Source: Bacteroidota bacterium (GTDB lineage Bacteria; Bacteroidota; Bacteroidia; 2-12-FULL-35-15). From it: a DNA stretch of 64,000 bases. The number at the start of each line of letters is the position of its first letter. The stretch's first letter is position 1. The stretch is taken from positions 35,038 through 99,037 of the forward strand of contig JAHEYB010000002.1 in the NCBI GenBank assembly GCA_023251805.1, written 5' to 3'. Shown in pieces: positions 27,179 to 34,571 of the stretch. The notes beneath the pieces were generated by a model. It saw nothing but the letters and a program-made list of their open reading frames with translations. It did not search any database and was not told the origin of the DNA. Position numbers and translations under genes: made by a program.

Positions 27179-28171
27179 TTATTTTTTTCCAGCAATTTGT
27201 TTTTGTTGTTTGCCGATATCTAATTTCAATTGTGCTAAACTTTCGTAGTGATTTTGTGAAATCACGGAATGGCGATTGATGTGGGAAGGTTTTTCGATTA
27301 CCCAATCTTTTGCATCTTTTTTCTCGAAACGACAATCGTTACAAATCCAGTCGATTGCTTCACCCCACTGATCTTTACGAGATGTTACTCTCAACACATC
27401 ATTTCCTTTCATCCAGATTGCTACTTTCCCTGAACATTTGGTGCAATTGCGATGAGCGTCCATTGGTTTTGTAAACCAAACACGACTTTTGAAACGCCAT
27501 GTTCTATCTGTTAATGCACCAACCGGACAAACATCAATAACGTTTCCGGAGAAATCGTTATCAATTGCCTTCTCAATGTATGTGCTAATTTCAGAGGCAT
27601 CACCACGGAACAACATTCCTTGGTAACGATTATTTGTAAGTTGATCAGCTACTTTAATACAGCGGAAACACATGATACAACGCGTCATGTGTAATTTGAT
27701 GTATGGTCCGATGTCGATTAAATTAAATGTTCTTCTGGAAAAATCGTAACGGGTTTTTGCTAATCCGTGTTCGTAACCTAAATCTTGTAAATGACATTCT
27801 CCTGCTTGATCGCAGATAGGACAATCAAGTGGGTGATTGATTAATAAAAATTCAACAACCCCTTTGCGTGCATCTAATACTTCAGGAGAAGTCATGTTTA
27901 CCACTTCCATTCCATCCATAACATTTGTTCTGCAAGACGCAACAGGCTTAGGCATTGGACGAGGGTCTTTTTCGGAGCCTTTTGTAACTTTTACAATACA
28001 CGTACGGCAATATCCGCCACTCGTTTTTAATTTTGAATAATAGCACATAGTAGGGGGAGCAACTTTTGCATCCACCTCCGGATTTTTATCTACAAGCATT
28101 CTAGCCGCTTGCAAGATTGTTGTCCCATCAGGAACTTCAATCATATGACCATCTATTGTAATTTTTGCCAT
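27179..28171 (-). CDS. nuoG: NADH-quinone oxidoreductase subunit G (short form: 2Fe-2S plus 4Fe-4S domains only)
   Basis: N-terminal 2Fe-2S ferredoxin-like CYYSKLKTSGGYCRTCIV and 4Fe-4S HPLDCPICDQAGECHLQD. At 330 aa it lacks the molybdopterin-like domain. Confidence 0.8.
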   Translation of the reverse strand: MAKITIDGHMIEVPDGTTILQAARMLVDKNPEVDAKVAPPTMCYYSKLKTSGGYCRTCIVKVTKGSEKDPRPMPKPVASCRTNVMDGMEVVNMTSPEVLDARKGVVEFLLINHPLDCPICDQAGECHLQDLGYEHGLAKTRYDFSRRTFNLIDIGPYIKLHMTRCIMCFRCIKVADQLTNNRYQGMLFRGDASEISTYIEKAIDNDFSGNVIDVCPVGALTDRTWRFKSRVWFTKPMDAHRNCTKCSGKVAIWMKGNDVLRVTSRKDQWGEAIDWICNDCRFEKKDAKDWVIEKPSHINRHSVISQNHYESLAQLKLDIGKQQKQIAGKK

Positions 28172-28244
28172 TTTCTAACTAAGTCAAAAGTTTTAAAGTC
28201 AAAATTCAAAAGAAATCAAAAAGTTTAAAATCAAAAAATTAAAA

Positions 28245-28595
28245 TTAATCTTTTAAGTTAATAATAATTGATGCTAATACTTTTGAGATTTCCATTAATT
28301 CTGTCTTATCATTTTTCATTAAATCATTATTCAATTCATATCCGTCTTCAATTACTTCCATCCAATAATCCGATTCATTTGCAGAGCGTAAGGCAATTTC
28401 ATAAAATCTAATTAGCTCCTTTTTTGAACTACTTACTTTTGCCTCTCTTACATTCGCTCCAACGGATGTTCCACTTCTTAATAATTGATCTCTTAATGGA
28501 TAATCTACGCTACTTGCTTTTAATTCTCGTGTTAGTTTAACTATTCTAACTGCAAATTTTTTAGTTCTAACTCTTATATCATTTTCGTACTTCAC
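28245..28595 (-). CDS. four-helix-bundle protein (23S rRNA intervening-sequence protein family; Avd-like fold) inserted between nuoG and nuoF
   Basis: 116 aa, all-helical. Motif pattern KKFAVRIVKLTREL...DQLLRSGTSVGANVREA...ELIRFYEIALRSANESDYWMEV is typical of the family. Flanked by GTCAAAAG octamer arrays. Confidence 0.7.
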   Translation of the reverse strand: MKYENDIRVRTKKFAVRIVKLTRELKASSVDYPLRDQLLRSGTSVGANVREAKVSSSKKELIRFYEIALRSANESDYWMEVIEDGYELNNDLMKNDKTELMEISKVLASIIINLKD

Positions 28596-28657
28596 AATCT
28601 TCCTTTTTGTTTTTTCTTGCTTTTGAATTTTGACTTTCCTCTCTTATGCCCTTCGTG

Positions 28658-30001
28658 TTATGCTCCAGCCAACTGATGCACACTATAATAATGTTTAACA
28701 TCCTTTATTTTTTCCGGATGCTTGATATACTCTTCGAATTCTGAACGGAAGTGACGAATAGCACTTGCCACAGGCCATGCAGCAGCATCACCTAAAGGAC
28801 AAATTGTATTCCCTTCAATTTTTCTTTGAATATCCCAAAGCAAATCTATGTCGCTTGGTTTACCATGACCTTCAATAATTCTATGAAGAATTTTTTCCAT
28901 CCAACCTGTTCCTTCACGACATGGAGAACATTGTCCGCAGCTTTCATGATGATAGAAACGAGCGAATGTGTAAAGATTTTTTACGATGCTGGCTGTTTCA
29001 TCATACACAATAAATCCACCTGAACCCAACATTGTGCCTGTTGCGAAACCGCCTTCACTTAGTGATTCGTATGACATCAAACGCGGTTCGCCTTTATCAT
29101 TTTTCAAAATTAAATCGGCAGGTAAAATAGGAACAGAAGAACCTCCAGCAACTACTGCTTTTAATTTATTTCCGTTAATGATTCCACCGCAATATTCTTC
29201 TGAGTATATAAATTCTTCAACAGGTAATCCTAATTCAATTTCGTAAACACCTGGTTTATTAATATGTCCAGATGCAGAAATTAATTTTGTTCCTGTACTT
29301 CTTCCAATTCCAATTTTTGCATATTCATCTCCACCCATCATTACGATTGGACAAACTGCTGCAATTGTTTCAACGTTATTTACAACAGTGGGACAACCCC
29401 ATACACCAGCTATAGCGGGGAATGGCGGTTTGATACGCGGGTTTCCGCGTTTTCCTTCTAATGATTCTAACAATGCTGTTTCTTCACCGCAGATATATGC
29501 TCCTCCACCAACTTGCACGTAGCAGTCGTGAGAGAAATCTGAGCCTAAAATGTTTTTTCCTAATAATCCTGCTGCATAAGCTTCATCCAGCGCTTTCTCT
29601 AAAATTCGTGCAACATAAAAATATTCTCCACGGATATAGATGTAAGATGTTTTTGCTCCTAATGCATAGGATGAAGTAATCATTCCTTCTATCAATAGAT
29701 GAGGAATCACTTCCATCAAGTAGCGGTCTTTGAATGTTCCCGGCTCCGATTCATCCGCATTACAAACAAGATAACGCTCAACACCTTCTGGTCTTGCAAG
29801 GAAACTCCATTTCATTCCGGTTGGGAAACCAGCACCACCACGACCTCTTAATCCTGATTTTTTCACCTCTTCTAACACTTCGGGAGGAGTCATTGTTTTC
29901 AATACTTTCTCCACAGATGCGTAGCCACCATGTTGACGATACACTTCAAGTGTAGCAATTCCAGGAACTTTGTCATTAAGAATTAAAAGTTTCTTCCCCA
30001 T
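28658..30001 (-). CDS. nuoF: NADH-quinone oxidoreductase subunit F (51 kDa; FMN/NADH-binding)
   Basis: Contains the [25 protein letters not shown] site, the [12 protein letters not shown] 4Fe-4S site and the GRGGAGFP motif. Start overlaps the nuoE stop by 1 nt. Confidence 0.9.
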   Translation of the reverse strand: MGKKLLILNDKVPGIATLEVYRQHGGYASVEKVLKTMTPPEVLEEVKKSGLRGRGGAGFPTGMKWSFLARPEGVERYLVCNADESEPGTFKDRYLMEVIPHLLIEGMITSSYALGAKTSYIYIRGEYFYVARILEKALDEAYAAGLLGKNILGSDFSHDCYVQVGGGAYICGEETALLESLEGKRGNPRIKPPFPAIAGVWGCPTVVNNVETIAAVCPIVMMGGDEYAKIGIGRSTGTKLISASGHINKPGVYEIELGLPVEEFIYSEEYCGGIINGNKLKAVVAGGSSVPILPADLILKNDKGEPRLMSYESLSEGGFATGTMLGSGGFIVYDETASIVKNLYTFARFYHHESCGQCSPCREGTGWMEKILHRIIEGHGKPSDIDLLWDIQRKIEGNTICPLGDAAAWPVASAIRHFRSEFEEYIKHPEKIKDVKHYYSVHQLAGA

Positions 30002-30540
30002 TATAAAGTATTTTTATAATCCATGTCTGTATAACTTCTTTGTTTTCCAGCAGCACGATATTCTTCTAATAAATTATCTACTTTTTCGAACGTTAAATTT
30101 TCGTGATACGATGCTCCACATTGTAATAATGGTGCCGTTCCACAGCTTCCTAAACATTCAACTGTTTTAATGGTAAACATTCCATCTTTTGTAGTTTCGC
30201 CTTCTTTTATTCCTAATTTTTTCTCTAAGTGTTTTACGATATCTTCTGCTCCGCGAGTCCAGCAAGAAGAAGTACGACAAACTTCCAACAAACATTTGCC
30301 AACAGGTTTTAAATTGTACATCGAATAAAAAGATGCTACTTCATACACTTCAATTGGTTTAATGTTTAAAACAGAAGCAACGTAATCCATTGTTTCAGGG
30401 CTTAACCAACCACCAAATTCAGCCTGAGCAATGTGCAAAATCGGAAGTAAAGCCGACTTGTGTTTGCCTTCAGGATACCGCTTAATCATCTTGTGAACCA
30501 AGGCAAGCGTTTCTTCGTTAAATTTTATTTCTTGTGACAC
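30001..30540 (-). CDS. nuoE: NADH-quinone oxidoreductase subunit E (24 kDa; 2Fe-2S)
   Basis: Thioredoxin-like 2Fe-2S cysteines (CRTSSC ... CLGSCGTAP). Confidence 0.85.
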   Translation of the reverse strand: MSQEIKFNEETLALVHKMIKRYPEGKHKSALLPILHIAQAEFGGWLSPETMDYVASVLNIKPIEVYEVASFYSMYNLKPVGKCLLEVCRTSSCWTRGAEDIVKHLEKKLGIKEGETTKDGMFTIKTVECLGSCGTAPLLQCGASYHENLTFEKVDNLLEEYRAAGKQRSYTDMDYKNTL

Positions 30541-30574
30541 TATTATATTTTGTTTTAATAATAATCATTCTCTC

Positions 30575-30601
30575 ATCCCCCTGCCCCCTTCAAAGGGGGA
30601 C
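30575..30601. repeat. C-run/G-run hairpin in the nuoD-nuoE spacer
   Basis: TCCCCCTGCCCCCTT-ca-AAGGGGGA; the same family as 22355-22480. Confidence 0.45.
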
Positions 30602-30660
30602 TTGCTCCGAAACATTATTTTTTCTTTGCCACTTGCCAACTTTTTTTGTTGCCAACTGAA

Positions 30661-31878
30661 CTACGCATCTAATTCTCCAGCGATGACATTCATGCTACTC
30701 ATTGTTAAAATTGCATCTGATAATAATCCGCCTCTAATCATTTCTGCGTAAGCTTGATAATAAATAAAGCATGGTCTGCGCATATGCAAACGATAAGGAG
30801 TTCTACCACCATCACTAATTAAGTAATAACCAAGTTCTCCGTTACCACCTTCAACCGCATGATATACTTCCCCTTTCGGAATTTCTGTTTCCCCCATCAC
30901 AATTTTAAAGTGATAAATTAATGCTTCCATGTTGTTGTATACTTCTTCTTTTGGAGGAAGGAAAAATTCAGGAACATCGGCATGAAAAATACCTTCCGGT
31001 TCTTTTTTAATTTTTGCGATTGCTTGATGAATAATTTTCACGCTCTCCCACATTTCTTGCTGACGAACCATGAAGCGATCGTAAGTGTCGCCTTGTGTTC
31101 CAACTGGAATAATAAAATCAAACTCTTCGTAAGAGCAATATGGATTCATTACACGCACATCGTAATCTACTCCTGCTGCACGTAAGTTTGGTCCAGAAAA
31201 ACTATAGTTCAATGCACGCTCTGCTGATATTGGTCCGCAGTTAATTGTACGATCCATGAAAATTCTGTTTCTCATTAAAAGATTTTCAAATTCTTTTAAT
31301 GCAGGAGGGAAGTCAATTAAAAATTTATCGAGTAAGTCCCACGCTTTCGGAGAGAAATCTCTTTCTAATCCACCAATGCGACCAATGTTTGTTGTTAAAC
31401 GTGCTCCACATAATTCTTCATAGATATCATAAATGCGTTCGCGCATTTGGAAGATATATAAGAAGCCAGTCATTGCACCTGTATCCACGCCAATAACCGA
31501 ATTACAAATAACGTGATCAGAAATTCTTGCCAATTCCATAATGATCACTCGCAGATATTGAACACGTTTTGGAATTTCAACTCCCAATAATTTTTCTACT
31601 GTCATGTGCCAACCCATGTTGTTGATTGGAGAAGAGCAATAATTTAAACGATCGGTGATAGGAGTAATTTGATAGTACGGTCTGCGTTCTGACAACTTTT
31701 CAAATGCACGGTGAATGTATCCAACAGTTGCTTCGGAGTCCATAATTATTTCGCCATCCATTTTCAACACGTTCTGAAAAATACCGTGTGTAGCGGGATG
31801 TGTAGGGCCAAGGTTAAGAGTAGAGTATTCTTTCTCTATTAGCTCTTGGTTTGTATTTATGTTCTTCTCTTTGCTCAT
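30661..31878 (-). CDS. nuoD: NADH-quinone oxidoreductase subunit D (49 kDa)
   Basis: Start at ATG 31878 (MSKEKNINT...). The track's extension to 31917 would translate the GTCAAAAG repeat array. Conserved NuoD sequence runs through the C-terminus. Confidence 0.85.
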   Translation of the reverse strand: MSKEKNINTNQELIEKEYSTLNLGPTHPATHGIFQNVLKMDGEIIMDSEATVGYIHRAFEKLSERRPYYQITPITDRLNYCSSPINNMGWHMTVEKLLGVEIPKRVQYLRVIIMELARISDHVICNSVIGVDTGAMTGFLYIFQMRERIYDIYEELCGARLTTNIGRIGGLERDFSPKAWDLLDKFLIDFPPALKEFENLLMRNRIFMDRTINCGPISAERALNYSFSGPNLRAAGVDYDVRVMNPYCSYEEFDFIIPVGTQGDTYDRFMVRQQEMWESVKIIHQAIAKIKKEPEGIFHADVPEFFLPPKEEVYNNMEALIYHFKIVMGETEIPKGEVYHAVEGGNGELGYYLISDGGRTPYRLHMRRPCFIYYQAYAEMIRGGLLSDAILTMSSMNVIAGELDA

Positions 31879-31930
31879 TATCTTCTGTAAGTCAAAAGTT
31901 TTAAAGTCAAAAGTCAAAAAGACTTTATCT

Positions 31931-32281
31931 TTATTTTTTTAAGTTAATTATTATTGTTTCAAGCACTTTTGAAATTTCTAATAATTCGCTTTTATCATTT
32001 TTCATTAAATCACTCTTTAAATCATATCCTTCTTCTAATACTTCCATCCAATAATCTGTTTCATTTGCAGAACGTAAAGCAATTTCATAGTACCTTATCA
32101 ATTCTTTTTTTGAACTACTCGCTTACCCTTCTCTAACATTTGCACCAACTGATGTTCCGCTACGCAATATTTGATCTCTTAAAGAATATTCAACACCCTT
32201 AGCTTTTAATTCAATTGTTAACTTTATTATTCTTACTGCAAACTTCTTTGTTCTAAGCCTAATATCCTTTTCGTATTCCAT
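31931..32281 (-). pseudogene. second four-helix-bundle (IVS-family) gene copy, interrupted by an in-frame TAA at about codon 52
   Basis: Minus-strand translation MEYEKDIRLRTKKFAVRIIKLTIELKAKGVEYSLRDQILRSGTSVGANVREG*ASSSKKELIRYYEIALRSANETDYWMEVLEEGYDLKSDLMKNDKSELLEISKVLETIIINLKK, about 75% identical to the 28245..28595 copy. Stop at about 32123-32125. Flanked by GTCAAAAG arrays. Confidence 0.55.
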
Positions 32282-32359
32282 AAATCCTTGCAACAATCAA
32301 AAGCTTTTTTGACTTTTTACCTTTTCTTTTGACTTTCTCCCTTTTGACTTTTGACTTTC

Positions 32360-32866
32360 CTACCTTCCAAACATTTTATCATCTTTATCTTCACGTGTTC
32401 CATCTTCCAATGCGTATTCTTTTCTCATTGGGAAATATCCTAAATCATCCATATTTAAAATGCGTTTTAGGTTTGGATGGCCTCTGAAAATAATTCCGAA
32501 GAAATCATACTCTTGTCTTTCCATCCAATTAGCAGCAGAAAAAACAGGAGAGATGGAGGGAACATTCACATCGCTACTGCTAAAAAATATTTTTATTCTG
32601 ATCCGTAAATTTTTTTGAAGGTTGTGTAACTGATACATCACAGCAAATTCTTGTCCTGCATTATCAGGATAATGAATAGTTGCCATGGTTGTTAAATATT
32701 GAAAAGCAAGTTCTTCATCTTTGTAAAGAAAATCGGCTACATCACAAATGATATCACGCTTCACAACAAACTCAGGATAATCAACATTCATCTTAGATGA
32801 AATAAATCCATCACCGAATTGTGTTTTTAGCTTTTGTTCAACTATCGTTAATAAATTATTCTCCAT
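32360..32866 (-). CDS. nuoC: NADH-quinone oxidoreductase subunit C (30 kDa)
   Basis: 168 aa with conserved NuoC sequence, positioned between nuoD and nuoB. Confidence 0.8.
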   Translation of the reverse strand: MENNLLTIVEQKLKTQFGDGFISSKMNVDYPEFVVKRDIICDVADFLYKDEELAFQYLTTMATIHYPDNAGQEFAVMYQLHNLQKNLRIRIKIFFSSSDVNVPSISPVFSAANWMERQEYDFFGIIFRGHPNLKRILNMDDLGYFPMRKEYALEDGTREDKDDKMFGR

Positions 32867-32928
32867 TTTTTTCTTTTAACTTTCCTGCCCGACCGGCAGG
32901 CGGGTGAATTTCCGCTCTTTTAACTTTC
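32867..32928. repeat. miniature hairpin element with flanking 10-15-bp direct repeats (nuoB-nuoC spacer copy)
   Basis: Minus-strand reading: GGAAAGTTAAAAG-AGCGGAAATTCACCCGCCTGCCGGTCGGGCAGG-AAAGTTAAAAG. A near-identical copy lies inside rnr at 62981-63034. Confidence 0.55.
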
Positions 32929-33489
32929 CTATTCCATTCCGTAGCTATTCAACAATGCTTTGTACTCAGGAGAATCTCTTCTTCTGATAGATTCTGATTC
33001 AACCAATTTTTGAATTTGTAAAATTCCATCCAATACTTGTTCGGGGCGAGGAGGGCAACCAGGAATGTAAACATCTACCGGTATCACTCTATCAATTCCT
33101 TGAAGCACACTATATGTATCAAAAATTCCACCGCTAGAAGCGCAAGCACCCATTGACAGCACCCATTTTGGCTCTGCCATTTGTTCGTATACCTGACGTA
33201 ATACCGGAGCCATTTTTTTAGAGATGGTTCCCATTACCATTAATAAATCTGCTTGACGCGGAGAGAAACTTAAACGCTCAGCCCCAAAACGACCTAAATC
33301 GTACGTAGATGCCATGGTTGCCATGAATTCGATTCCACAACAAGAGGTTGCAAAAGGCAATGGCCATAATGAATTTGCACGCGCCATTCCAACTACTTTA
33401 TCGATACGTGTTGCAAAAAAACCCGGACCTTCCATTCCCGGAGGAGCATCTGCATCTAAGTTTACTTTTGATTTTTCTTTTGTTGACAT
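32929..33489 (-). CDS. nuoB: NADH-quinone oxidoreductase subunit B (20 kDa; N2 cluster)
   Basis: Motifs CCGIEFMA, GACASSGG and YIPGCPPRPE. Confidence 0.9.
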   Translation of the reverse strand: MSTKEKSKVNLDADAPPGMEGPGFFATRIDKVVGMARANSLWPLPFATSCCGIEFMATMASTYDLGRFGAERLSFSPRQADLLMVMGTISKKMAPVLRQVYEQMAEPKWVLSMGACASSGGIFDTYSVLQGIDRVIPVDVYIPGCPPRPEQVLDGILQIQKLVESESIRRRDSPEYKALLNSYGME

Positions 33490-33539
33490 TACTACGAATT
33501 ACGAATTTTAACGAATTACAAATCTGTGTGTTTGAAAAA

Positions 33540-33986
33540 TTAATTTAAAGTAATCACCATTCCGGGGACTTGTTTGGCGGCTTTTCCGCTTTGAACAATT
33601 TCAACAGAACCAATTTCCAACTTATCACCTAACTTTTTTTCCTTGTGTAATTTTTCTATCGCCTCCATCGCTCCTTTTGTAAACCTGTTTCCTTGCTGCG
33701 TATATTCAACAAACACAAAATCTTTTTTTTCCTTAACTTTCAATGTGATAATAAAATAACTAACAGAGGCGCCTTTATCTAATGCCGTTAATTCTTTTTT
33801 GCAAGCCATAAATTCATTATAGGTCATTGTACAGTCGCCAGTTTTTCCACAAAAAGAAAATGCAGATTTTGTATCTTGAGCAAAAGATAATTGTGATGTA
33901 ATAAAAACAATGAACGCGATTCTTAATAAATACTTCACCCCTTTTGACTTTTCGCTTTGTACTCTTTTGACTTTTCTTATTCCCAC
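33540..33986 (-). CDS. hypothetical secreted Cys-containing protein encoded between nuoA and nuoB
   Basis: Signal-peptide-like KYLLRIAFIVFITSQLSFAQ, then FSFCGKTGDCTMTYNEFMACKKEL. The likely true start is GTG at about 33938. The track start at 33986 is also GTG and overlaps the nuoA stop. Confidence 0.45.
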   Translation of the reverse strand: MGIRKVKRVQSEKSKGVKYLLRIAFIVFITSQLSFAQDTKSAFSFCGKTGDCTMTYNEFMACKKELTALDKGASVSYFIITLKVKEKKDFVFVEYTQQGNRFTKGAMEAIEKLHKEKKLGDKLEIGSVEIVQSGKAAKQVPGMVITLN

Positions 33987-34354
33987 TTTAAAGCACCTTT
34001 TTTAATGATATAATAAAAGCCAACCAATAGAAAGGCTACAAAAGTTAGCATTTCCACAAATCCGGTTAAGCCCAATTGTTTAAAATTAACTGCCCAAGGG
34101 TACATAAAAATCACCTCCACATCGAACAATACGAATAGGATGGCTACAAGAAAATACTTTATGGAAAAGGGCAAGCGTGCGTTTCCTTGCACTTCGATAC
34201 CACATTCAAAGGTGTCGTTTTTAATTTTTGATTTCTTTTTTGGTCCTAGTTTATGCGTTAAAAACAGCATAAACATTACAAATCCAAGGGCAACAATAAA
34301 CATTAAAGCAATTGGAAGAAAATCAACAGGAGTACTCTGAACCGATAACAACAT
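33977..34354 (-). CDS. nuoA: NADH-quinone oxidoreductase subunit A
   Basis: 125 aa with 3 TM helices and conserved FECG motif (FECGIEVQGNARLPFSIKYFLVAILF). Confidence 0.85.
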   Translation of the reverse strand: MLLSVQSTPVDFLPIALMFIVALGFVMFMLFLTHKLGPKKKSKIKNDTFECGIEVQGNARLPFSIKYFLVAILFVLFDVEVIFMYPWAVNFKQLGLTGFVEMLTFVAFLLVGFYYIIKKGALKWE

Positions 34355-34519
34355 ATAAAGGTGTTTTTGTCTGTTTTACGAATCAATTTTAGGTATTTAT
34401 TTCGAAATAACCTCAATTTTTGCGAACAAATTTAATGTTTTATATATATGATATGTTACTTATTGGATTATTTAGACGGAATCTACTTTATAGCCATTGA
34501 AATGGAGCATTATACAAAT

Positions 34520-34557
34520 AAAAAAGCCCTGAACAAGATGTTGTTCAGGGCTTTTTC
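34520..34557. terminator. rho-independent terminator after the giant adhesin gene (bidirectional geometry)
   Basis: AGCCCTGAACAA-gatg-TTGTTCAGGGCT flanked by AAAAA/TTTTT. Confidence 0.6.
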
Positions 34558-34571
34558 ACAATTATTAAAAC

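Noticed and set aside
27179-28171. NuoG only 330 aa: possible truncation or pseudogene
   Set aside because: The frame is intact from a sensible start to stop, and both Fe-S binding regions are complete. A short NuoG lacking the molybdopterin-like domain is the normal state in this phylum (recollection, not checked against a database).
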